Source: a virus
Length of the DNA stretch: 55,806 nt
Reading direction: 5' to 3' (one strand)
UHGV virus genome: UHGV-0167626
Shown here: positions 48,139 through 55,746 of the stretch, one piece after another
Position numbering within the stretch: position 1 is the stretch's first letter
Layout of the letters: every line of letters begins with the position of its first letter
Position numbers and translations under genes: made by a program
Notes under the pieces: model-generated
The model's input: the letters and a program-made list of their open reading frames with translations, nothing else
Database searches by the model: none
Told to the model about the DNA's origin: nothing

Positions 48139-48360
48139 TATCCCTAAGAATTTATTTAAAATGATGAGTAGAAATATAAAAACGGTTCCACTCTTTCCCG
48201 CTGCTTATCACCTAAAGGGCTGTGGGTACATTAATACTCCACACGGGGGTTGTGAAACCGTGTATTTAAAGGCATAAAAAATGCCCGCAGTACGGCGAGC
48301 CTACTCGCCCTTTAGTATGATAAGCACTACAAACATACGGCATTTTTCCGACAAATCAAA
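48129..48360 (-). promoter_or_regulatory. Antisense-keyed leader module C (key TGCTTATCA)
   Basis: TTTG-N19-TATGTTTG; key 48318-48326 and 48129-48137, complement 48202-48210. Confidence 0.7.
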
Positions 48361-48361
48361 A

Positions 48362-48646
48362 TCATTCTGCATAGGGATTATTTTTTTCATTCTTATACCA
48401 TTTTACAAATTTTTCAACTGCTTCTTTCGATTCGATAATTTCATTAAATGCCCATTTCGGAAGAATGGATTCAAACGCACAGTAATAACATCCCCAGATT
48501 TCCCTGCTTCGGTTAGCTCCCTTTGCAACTTCTGGATTATCTGTAAAAAGATGCCAATGTATGGCAATAAAGCTCTCATGGAACCATATCTCTGAGCGTT
48601 GTGTCCTTCCTTTGTTATCTTTTGTTGTTATTGTCATGTTTATCAT
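48362..48646 (-). CDS. Hypothetical protein
   Basis: ORF. Confidence 0.55.
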   Translation of the reverse strand: MINMTITTKDNKGRTQRSEIWFHESFIAIHWHLFTDNPEVAKGANRSREIWGCYYCAFESILPKWAFNEIIESKEAVEKFVKWYKNEKNNPYAE

Positions 48647-48673
48647 ATTAATTTAAATTCAGGAATAATTTCT

Positions 48674-48928
48674 TATATTTGCCATGTGCAAAGAGTTGCG
48701 CATATTGTTTTGTAATTGTTGTAGTTGAGTTTAGTACTTACCGAAAAGACCAAAATAAAAATACAGATACTAAGCTCGTTAGACTACGTATATACGTGTC
48801 TGCGAGTTTATTTCTGTAAGGGTATTGGTCTACCTCGGTAAGAATAGATAAAGCAGACACGTTTTTTTTGTGGTGTCTGTTGTAGTGGAGTTGGCAAGGA
48901 CGTCATCATTTAGGTGGCGTCCATTTTT
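48674..48928 (+). ncRNA. Structured ncRNA candidate, counter-oriented to its operon
   Basis: TATATTTG, 106-nt hairpin 48737-48842, second hairpin, terminator 48898-48928. Confidence 0.55.
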
Positions 48929-49003
48929 ATGTGATAAATTAACAATCAGGAATGATACTCAAATTTTTATCAATAGGTTTCCCTCTAAATAATATTTCTC
49001 TAT

Positions 49004-49207
49004 TCATGATTTTGTTTTTAAATACCGTTTCCTGACTCCTTTGTACTGTGTTCTTTCAATAATCACAGTACGGGATTTTTCATATTGTTTTTCTAGTTCT
49101 TTCATTTGTTTCAAAGCTTCTGTCGCCTTCTCCCTTTCATGTTTCTGGTTTTCGGAAGAATACCAATTCTGATCTATCGATCCATATTTGTCCATAGCAC
49201 ACACCAA
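49004..49207 (-). CDS. Hypothetical protein
   Basis: ORF. Confidence 0.5.
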   Translation of the reverse strand: MVCAMDKYGSIDQNWYSSENQKHEREKATEALKQMKELEKQYEKSRTVIIERTQYKGVRKRYLKTKS

Positions 49208-49219
49208 TAATTTTTAAAT

Positions 49220-49603
49220 CTATTTTTTACACACTCCGTTGAACACCGTGTCATCAATATCCATATCAAGCTGAGACGGGAATGTCTTAATGTAATTGAA
49301 GAACTTAAAAAGCTTTACATCATCGGTACCACACCTGTCGATTATAAGCTTTAAGGCCTGATACAGCATATCCGAATCCTTACCGAAAAACTCCTGAGTT
49401 TCTTCGCTGCAATTCCGGACATATCTTTTCAGGTTCCGGCAATGGGAAAGAAGGAGGTTGAACTCGCGTTTAGCCTCGTGTTTAAATTCGCAATTCTCAC
49501 TTTTTAGCTTTTCATTAGCCTCGATAAAGCAACTTTCAATTATATCCACCAAGACGAAAGATAAGTTGCTTAGTATGTTTGCCTGGCTTTTACTTGTTTT
49601 CAT
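49220..49603 (-). CDS. Hypothetical phage protein
   Basis: ORF. Confidence 0.65.
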   Translation of the reverse strand: MKTSKSQANILSNLSFVLVDIIESCFIEANEKLKSENCEFKHEAKREFNLLLSHCRNLKRYVRNCSEETQEFFGKDSDMLYQALKLIIDRCGTDDVKLFKFFNYIKTFPSQLDMDIDDTVFNGVCKK

Positions 49604-49782
49604 ATTTTCTTTGCTTTTCCCATTCTATCCTTTTCAAATAAAACTCCTGCTTTGAATGATTCTTTATCATTCCAAAATCGGCAGCCAATTTGTTGTGATG
49701 TACAATTCCGACAATTCCAGCTACATGGAGCATCAACAAAACGCTTTGCAAACTTTTCTATTTTTCTCTCATATCGTTTCAT
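49600..49782 (-). CDS. Small Cys-rich protein
   Basis: Coupled ORF. Confidence 0.5.
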   Translation of the reverse strand: MKRYERKIEKFAKRFVDAPCSWNCRNCTSQQIGCRFWNDKESFKAGVLFEKDRMGKAKKI

Positions 49783-50105
49783 TTTTCATTTTTTATGAGT
49801 TGGTGTTTTTTCAAGAATTTTATTACTTTTTTCTCGGCATTTTTCATATTCAGTGCCTGAATATAGAGAGCATTCGGATTGTATGTTGCTCTTGCGTTCT
49901 TGACTGGCCTCCCATTAATGTCTACCATGGCTTGCCTGCGGTCTATCTGAACAGGTTTCAAAACAAGCGTCTTAAAGTCAAATTCGTATAGTGTCATACC
50001 CCTCTTGAGGTTTATACTTCCGACTTTTTTGTATTCTTGTTTGACAGGAGCGACTATCTCATAGTCGGTTTTTAGTTTCTGTGGTTCTTCTTGTACGATT
50101 TTCAT
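49779..50105 (-). CDS. Hypothetical protein
   Basis: ORF. Confidence 0.6.
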   Translation of the reverse strand: MKIVQEEPQKLKTDYEIVAPVKQEYKKVGSINLKRGMTLYEFDFKTLVLKPVQIDRRQAMVDINGRPVKNARATYNPNALYIQALNMKNAEKKVIKFLKKHQLIKNEK

Positions 50106-50337
50106 TTTTTCGGTAAATTTTCTTGATCATCCTATTGAGACAGGCGTTTTCGCGTTCCAACTCCTTTATTTCCGCTCGTAGAGCATTGACGGTTTTGTTG
50201 TATCGTTCTCTCTCAAAACACGCAGGAGTATTTTCAGAACGACAGGTGCAGTGCTCGATACCCATTGCCGCCGTACCAATACAACCGGGTATAAGCACTT
50301 TTTCACCATTCTCTGTGTACGTGTAATGGCATTTCAT
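50059..50337 (-). CDS. Hypothetical protein
   Basis: ORF. Confidence 0.55.
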   Translation of the reverse strand: MKCHYTYTENGEKVLIPGCIGTAAMGIEHCTCRSENTPACFERERYNKTVNALRAEIKELERENACLNRMIKKIYRKNENRTRRTTETKNRL

Positions 50338-50939
50338 TTTCTCAACGCTTTTTTAGCGATATATTCAATTTTGAATCTTTCAAAATCCACATCTAATTTC
50401 CCAGAGGTTCGCTTTTCCATTTCTGCAACCAACGGACGGTTATTCATTTCAGGACACGCGGTTTGCACACGCTCGTTTGCGTAAGATTCAATCCATCCAT
50501 AAATTACATTACCGTCTATCCGGTCATAGATTTTTCCATACTTACCTCGCTTTGCGTTGTTGAAACATAGCTTAAAGTCCTCAATGTTGAAGTAATAGAA
50601 ATCTTCAATTATAAGTTGGATGGTTTGTACGAGCTGCTCCTGTCCCATACTTTTCCCAACGTTGAAGAACTTTATCAGGTCGGTAAGAATAATTACAAGA
50701 ATCGCCTGTAACGGTTGCTCTCCATATTCTTTCCGGAATACGGACAACGCCGGCGTTATACTTTTCAGTGCATCATCAACCGTCCGAGGGCGAAGTGCCG
50801 CGTAATACTGCTTCGGCAAGGTTTTCAAGATTATCAAGCTCTGCTCTCTTGTTTGCGGCATCATTCCCGGAGGAATTGCCGGTAGGTTTGGAGAAGCCGA
50901 CCTGATCGCTTGGAGGTAGTTTTCTGTTTCCATAATCAA
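50334..50939 (-). CDS. Replication-associated protein (helicase-loader position)
   Basis: FKLCF..AKRGKYGKIYDRID; follows initiator. Confidence 0.6.
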   Translation of the reverse strand: MIMETENYLQAIRSASPNLPAIPPGMMPQTREQSLIILKTLPKQYYAALRPRTVDDALKSITPALSVFRKEYGEQPLQAILVIILTDLIKFFNVGKSMGQEQLVQTIQLIIEDFYYFNIEDFKLCFNNAKRGKYGKIYDRIDGNVIYGWIESYANERVQTACPEMNNRPLVAEMEKRTSGKLDVDFERFKIEYIAKKALRK

Positions 50940-51714
50940 AAATTAATTCATCATTCCATGCCTTTTGATTCAGAAATGTTTCCGGATTTTTCCTGTACTT
51001 CTTATCAGGCTGACATTGCTTGTATTGTGGGATATAACTCATAGCTAATTCCCGCTCTGTGTCGGAAAGTTTTAGCCATTTTTTGATGAGTGAATCCTTT
51101 TTGCCTACCTTTTTGTCGTACAGTTCCCAAAAATCTTCAAAAGAATAGTTCGGCTCTTTTTCTTTTTTGGCGGAACTTTTTTCTTTTTCTTCTTGGTGGA
51201 TTTTAGGATAATTATCATAAAACTGATTTCCTAAATCGTCATACACTTCCCCCGATGGGGGACTATAGGGGGTATTATATTCCCTATCCATTTCCCCTTC
51301 CCTTTCCCGTGGCGGGTACTCGGTGTGTACCCGTTGGGTCCCCGTTGGGTGTTCGTAATTGTCTATTTCTTTGGAGCTTATTTCCTCTGGTATGATGAAA
51401 TTCGGGTATCTGGCATCAAATTTTTGATGGCTACGGAATGTGCGGATAATGTAATAACTTTCGCTCTTATACGTAATAGGTATTAACATCCGGGCATTCA
51501 CTAAGGCATCAATCCATTTTTGTACCTCTGAAACTCGCAAATCTTCATCATACGGGAATATAGCCGATTTAAGGAGTGCCGGGTTTCCCCTTATCACTCC
51601 CATGTCATCAGCTTGATTCCACATTCCAATATAGAACAATCGGCACGCCCTTGGTAGTCTGGCTATCTTTTCATCTTCCCAAAATGATGGTTTGATTGTT
51701 CTTATTCTTGCCAT
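50776..51714 (-). CDS. Phage replication initiator
   Basis: MARIRTIKPSFW..ADDMG; FEDFWELYDKKVGK..NPETFLNQKAWNDE. Confidence 0.8.
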   Translation of the reverse strand: MARIRTIKPSFWEDEKIARLPRACRLFYIGMWNQADDMGVIRGNPALLKSAIFPYDEDLRVSEVQKWIDALVNARMLIPITYKSESYYIIRTFRSHQKFDARYPNFIIPEEISSKEIDNYEHPTGTQRVHTEYPPREREGEMDREYNTPYSPPSGEVYDDLGNQFYDNYPKIHQEEKEKSSAKKEKEPNYSFEDFWELYDKKVGKKDSLIKKWLKLSDTERELAMSYIPQYKQCQPDKKYRKNPETFLNQKAWNDELIFDYGNRKLPPSDQVGFSKPTGNSSGNDAANKRAELDNLENLAEAVLRGTSPSDG

Positions 51715-51716
51715 AT

Positions 51717-51935
51717 TTATTTTTTGTATTCAGAATCTTTTACAATCGGGCTTCCCCAATTATCTTCTAGTTCGCATATATTTTCATCCGGTACTGCATC
51801 CACTTTTACAATCCGGGTGAATACATATAGTTTCCCACAAAGTGGGCATGCGTATGTTTTATAACCTCCATAACATTCTGCATTTATTTCTGGTATGCTT
51901 GAATCAAATAAATTATTACATCTTATACACTTCAT
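51717..51935 (-). CDS. Small zinc-finger protein
   Basis: CIRC..CPLC. Confidence 0.55.
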   Translation of the reverse strand: MKCIRCNNLFDSSIPEINAECYGGYKTYACPLCGKLYVFTRIVKVDAVPDENICELEDNWGSPIVKDSEYKK

Positions 51936-53284
51936 GTTTTTTTATTTTGATTTAACTTTAGTAGATTTTCTACTTCCCCGATGGCTTTGAAAATCTGATA
52001 AACGAGTTGAGGTACCATGGAATTACCATAAGCTTTTATGGATTCTGCTCTCACCCAAGATGCTGTCCGTTCACATTCTTCGACAATCTTCTTAGTCGCC
52101 AATGCAATTTCATATGACAACTCTGGCATAATGTTTCCAAATTGCTGGGCGAATTGTTCTTTATATTTCTGTCCAAATGGTGAACTTGCAAATGTTCCGT
52201 ACTTCCGCAAATAGCACAATACCCTTCCCGATGTTTCCTCGCTAAATTGTGATAAGCCGTTCTGTTCTTGTTCATATCGTCTATTCTCCGATGTGCGCTG
52301 CAAGACTTCGAGCAATAAATTCGGTTCTGGAATCTCGAATAATCCTCCAATCTGTTCCCGAACCTTCTTCTTTTGAAAGGCTTCCCACACACGGGGCAAG
52401 TCTTCTCTTCTAATATATTCTTTGATGGCATCATAAACTTCTGTTTTTATATATCGCACCACATTATTGGAAATCCCATCATATCTGAAACGAACAGGGG
52501 ATTGAGATGGGAAGTTTTCCCAGCATGATGAGCAATTAAATGATTCAATTGTGAATCCCTGGTTTTCCCGTCGTTGCGGTCTTTGGGCGTCCCTGGCTTC
52601 CAGTAACTCTTTATCGGTGTTGGCAGTAACTTCAAATTCATAAATTCCGTTTTTCCCTTGTTGCATACCTTCAGTCCTTGCGTTTGAACAGTTGGCAATA
52701 GTTTCCCCTCCGTGTGCAATAAACCAGATTCTGTCCCTTCTGTGCGGCGCTCCGACGGCACAAGCCGGTATAATAATCGGCTGGACTGAATAACCGATAC
52801 TTTCGAGGTCATTGCAGATTCTGTCAGTAATAAATTGCTGACGTATTTCCGTTTCCAGGTAACTTTCTCCTTCGAGATCCGTGTAACTTCCCACTTCAAT
52901 TTCATCACCGGGGAGTACCATGCTTGTGATTCCAGCAACGTTTTCACCAATAAACCAATTGGGTCGGATTTCGTCAACTCCCCTAAGCACTTCCGGCCAG
53001 AGGTAGCGGTCATCTTCCGCTCCTTTTCTTGATCCGGCACAAGAAAAAGGCTGACAGGGGAATCCTGCTGTAAGAATATCGATTTTTCCCCGCCATTCTG
53101 AGAAATCTGTTCCGAATATGTTTTCATAATGTTTTATATGAGGATAATAATATTTAAGTACTTGATGGCAGAATGGATCTATTTCACAAGAAAATGCATT
53201 CCGCCATCCCATCCACATGGCCGCTAATTCACATGCTCCTATGCTAGTGCAGAAAGAAGCGTGCACATATTCTTTTTGTATCAT
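51932..53284 (-). CDS. dcm: C5 cytosine DNA methyltransferase, main subunit (motifs I-VIII, X)
   Basis: GFPCQPFS, GENV, PHRRDRIW, KAYGNSMVPQ. Confidence 0.85.
   Translation of the reverse strand: MIQKEYVHASFCTSIGACELAAMWMGWRNAFSCEIDPFCHQVLKYYYPHIKHYENIFGTDFSEWRGKIDILTAGFPCQPFSCAGSRKGAEDDRYLWPEVLRGVDEIRPNWFIGENVAGITSMVLPGDEIEVGSYTDLEGESYLETEIRQQFITDRICNDLESIGYSVQPIIIPACAVGAPHRRDRIWFIAHGGETIANCSNARTEGMQQGKNGIYEFEVTANTDKELLEARDAQRPQRRENQGFTIESFNCSSCWENFPSQSPVRFRYDGISNNVVRYIKTEVYDAIKEYIRREDLPRVWEAFQKKKVREQIGGLFEIPEPNLLLEVLQRTSENRRYEQEQNGLSQFSEETSGRVLCYLRKYGTFASSPFGQKYKEQFAQQFGNIMPELSYEIALATKKIVEECERTASWVRAESIKAYGNSMVPQLVYQIFKAIGEVENLLKLNQNKKT
52051..52434 (-). CDS. HNH endonuclease nested in methyltransferase (+1 frame)
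   Basis: CPVCGK..YCSKSC; CAICG..LQVHHLD..NN..NLETLCQSCHMKLH. Confidence 0.75.
   Translation of the reverse strand: MMPSKNILEEKTCPVCGKPFKRRRFGNRLEDYSRFQNRIYCSKSCSAHRRIDDMNKNRTAYHNLARKHREGYCAICGSTEHLQVHHLDRNIKNNSPSNLETLCQSCHMKLHWRLRRLSKNVNGQHLG
52447..53127 (-). CDS. Overlapping second methyltransferase subunit (TRD/motif IX-like)
   Basis: +1 frame; LLPT repeats and LNPLFVSDMMGFP. Confidence 0.65.
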   Translation of the reverse strand: MKTYSEQISQNGGEKSIFLQQDSPVSLFLVPDQEKERKMTATSGRKCLGELTKSDPIGLLVKTLLESQAWYSPVMKLKWEVTRISKEKVTWKRKYVSNLLLTESAMTSKVSVIQSSRLLYRLVPSERRTEGTESGLLHTEGKLLPTVQTQGLKVCNKGKTEFMNLKLLPTPIKSYWKPGTPKDRNDGKTRDSQLNHLIAHHAGKTSHLNPLFVSDMMGFPIMWCDI

Positions 53285-53568
53285 TATAGTTTATCTATTT
53301 CGTTTCGTTGGCACTCGATAAAGTACCGGTACTTGTTAACCGTTTCCATGAGTTTAATGTTTGACTTTTCCAATTCCTGATTTCGGGCTTTGAGTTTTTC
53401 GCATTCGTCAAATTTTGCATCATAGGACCTGGAAAGCATGTCGAACTGATGGATACTTACAACTTCATCGGATTCTTTCTTTTTGTCCTGGTATTGGGGT
53501 TGTTTTTCTACTTCTTCAGCAATACCGGAGTAGTCTCCTGATAAGGATGTGATAATTAGTGCTATCAT
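53284..53568 (-). CDS. Hypothetical coiled-coil protein
   Basis: ORF. Confidence 0.55.
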   Translation of the reverse strand: MIALIITSLSGDYSGIAEEVEKQPQYQDKKKESDEVVSIHQFDMLSRSYDAKFDECEKLKARNQELEKSNIKLMETVNKYRYFIECQRNEIDKL

Positions 53569-53586
53569 GATTTTTTATTTAATTTT

Positions 53587-53892
53587 TTATACAAAATCCG
53601 CCTCTTTTACAAATATCCCGTTGATAAGTTTCCCCTTCCGGTCTTTGATTTCGTTGTATGCATATTCAACACATTCACTGAAATCAATACCCAGTTGTTT
53701 TGATATACAGATGAGAGTGACAACCGTATCCCCGATGCTGTCTGTCTGTTTTTCCCTATCGCCTTTGTTTATTGCCCGGGCTAGTTCTCCGAGTTCTTCA
53801 ACTGTTTTACACATCTGTACTTTTGGATCCTGGGTATGCAGGTTTCTGTCGACAACCCATTGCTCAATTTTTTTAATAGTATTTTCAATCAT
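53587..53892 (-). CDS. MazG-like nucleotide pyrophosphohydrolase
   Basis: EELGELA..DSIGD..AYNEIKDRKG. Confidence 0.85.
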   Translation of the reverse strand: MIENTIKKIEQWVVDRNLHTQDPKVQMCKTVEELGELARAINKGDREKQTDSIGDTVVTLICISKQLGIDFSECVEYAYNEIKDRKGKLINGIFVKEADFV

Positions 53893-54080
53893 GTTTTTTT
53901 ATAATTTACACATTCAATTTTTCTGTCCACGCAGTTTTCATGCGGCACCACCGAAAACGGGCAATCAACCAATCCGAATTTCCACGGTTGGTAGTAGATA
54001 CATTTCAGGCAGTCGGAATAATTTGTTGAAAGCCGGGAAATGATCGGTTTTGGTTGTTTGGGTTTCGGGGTGCGGGGCAT
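53889..54080 (-). CDS. Small Cys-rich protein
   Basis: Coupled ORF. Confidence 0.5.
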   Translation of the reverse strand: MPRTPKPKQPKPIISRLSTNYSDCLKCIYYQPWKFGLVDCPFSVVPHENCVDRKIECVNYKKT

Positions 54081-54222
54081 ATATTTTATTATTAAAAAGG
54101 ACAGATACTACAAAACAGTTAACTTTGTAGCGGATTTTAGCCCGTACCGCAGCGAGATATGGCAAGGCTCAAAGCGGGCCGGGGAGTAAACCTCCTTTTT
54201 GTTTAACTTAAAAAGTAACATC

Positions 54223-54297
54223 ATGGCTAAAATCCAAGTTCGGGTTAGAACCACAGTGCGTACTACTATCAGAACAAGAATCAGAGTACGTAAGTAA
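54223..54297 (+). CDS. 24-aa Arg-rich peptide MAKIQVRVRTTVRTTIRTRIRVRK
   Basis: A-rich initiation region, TAACTTTG at 54120-54127, hairpin 54308-54332. Confidence 0.55.
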   Translation: MAKIQVRVRTTVRTTIRTRIRVRK

Positions 54298-54369
54298 GTC
54301 TAACCATGGGTGGATGCACTGTACATCCACCCTTAACTTTATCTGCCCTTTTATATTCATACTGATTCC

Positions 54370-55149
54370 TTATGCAACTATTTTCTGATTATATATTTTT
54401 GTAATAAACTCTTTTCCTTTCTCTGTCCAATACAGATGCTGCCGGGTTAGTATTTCTCCGGATGAATTTGTGTAAGGATGCGGACGATGATCAGCATACC
54501 CTTTATCCCTATATGGTGAACAAAGAAAGTATATCCCGGATTGTTTGTACTGTACTTTCCAGTCAACCAATAATTTGTTGAGTTTAACCGCAGATATTCC
54601 TAAATGTAACGCAATCATATTGATTGTGAGAAGCCCGGAACTATTCAGTGTCTTATCATAGTATTCAAGTTTGGGAGCAGCTTCAACCAATTCTTTGGTT
54701 TGCATTTCAACGGTTAACTTTAATCGTTCTTTTTCTGCTCTTTCTTCTTTCAACTTTGTTGCGAGCTGAATAATCAGATCCGGATTATTGACCATTGCTT
54801 CGAGTGTTGGTTGGGTTGCTGTAAAACCATGTTTCAACAATTCTTTAATATGGTTATTGCACAATATATAAAATTCAGGACTAAGCCATTGAGCAAATGC
54901 TAATGCTATATCTTCGTGCATCCATGTACCACCATTATCACCATTTATAACTTTCACTAAATCAGACGGTATGCAATTCTGCATAGCGCAATAAGAGTTT
55001 ATAAAATCCTTACATTGCTGTGTTCTAAGCCAAAATGCTGGTTGTTTATCAAAACTTTTTGCCATTTCAGTTGCATTGGCATATACATTACCATCTTTAA
55101 TTGTCATGGTAATATTATTCCCATTGTAATTAAAAATTTTATTTTCCAT
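54370..55149 (-). CDS. KilA-N plus KilA-C antirepressor
   Basis: ANATEMAKSF..GTWMHEDIAL.FAQWLSPEF; APKLEYYD..WTEKGKEFI. Confidence 0.9.
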   Translation of the reverse strand: MENKIFNYNGNNITMTIKDGNVYANATEMAKSFDKQPAFWLRTQQCKDFINSYCAMQNCIPSDLVKVINGDNGGTWMHEDIALAFAQWLSPEFYILCNNHIKELLKHGFTATQPTLEAMVNNPDLIIQLATKLKEERAEKERLKLTVEMQTKELVEAAPKLEYYDKTLNSSGLLTINMIALHLGISAVKLNKLLVDWKVQYKQSGIYFLCSPYRDKGYADHRPHPYTNSSGEILTRQHLYWTEKGKEFITKIYNQKIVA

Positions 55150-55156
55150 AGTATGG

Positions 55157-55453
55157 TTATTTTGTAGTAAATGAATCAAGATAAAGCTGCGCGAGGCAAG
55201 CCCCGTGATAGTCGAGATTTGCCCGGTGTGTTTTATGGAACTCGGCGAACCTTTGGAAGTTACCGGAACTTAGAATGAAGTAATAAGCTTCGTTCTTACA
55301 GTTCTTTTCAATCTCTAATTTTTGTCTTACTTGGATTAGTTGTTGTTGCAACTCTTTTACTTCGGAAAGTAATTTACCCTCGTTTCGTCGGGGTGGACGT
55401 GCTGTAATGGTACTATGATTCACATTACTTACAGATTCACTTCGCTTTGCCAT
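55157..55453 (-). CDS. Small leader-controlled protein (module D)
   Basis: EIEKNCKNEAYYFILS; starts ATGGCAAAGCGA. Confidence 0.7.
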   Translation of the reverse strand: MAKRSESVSNVNHSTITARPPRRNEGKLLSEVKELQQQLIQVRQKLEIEKNCKNEAYYFILSSGNFQRFAEFHKTHRANLDYHGACLAQLYLDSFTTK

Positions 55454-55688
55454 ACGTTGATGAATTATAAGTTAATAAAAATAAGAAAGTCGCCGACTTC
55501 CTGTTCTTTTGGCAAAGCGAACATAACACTTACAAAGAAGGCTATGCAACTCAGGACTTCGACGACTTATAATTTACTTATGGATATAAGTCACGATATG
55601 GTATAAAAAATACCTTCATTTGTAATTTGTGGTGCTCAATTGGCAAAGCGAGCACCACAAATATACGGCTATTATCCATAATTGCAAA
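55442..55688 (-). promoter_or_regulatory. Antisense-keyed leader module D (key TGGCAAAGCGA)
   Basis: TTTG-N19-TATATTTG; key over ATG 55442-55452, complement 55510-55521 and 55641-55651. Confidence 0.65.
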
Positions 55689-55703
55689 ATTTAATGTAAG
55701 ATT

Positions 55704-55746
55704 TGTCCCTGCCGGGGAATGGAACCCCGGGGGAACCGTTCAGGAT
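55704..55746 (-). ncRNA. Anticodon-less tRNA-like element 3
   Basis: Near copy of 8331-8373 with T-loop TTCCATT. Confidence 0.45.

Noticed and set aside
8331..55746. Elements 2 and 3 as attL/attR
   Set aside because: Imperfect copies, and phage early genes continue outside them at 1-8.3 kb
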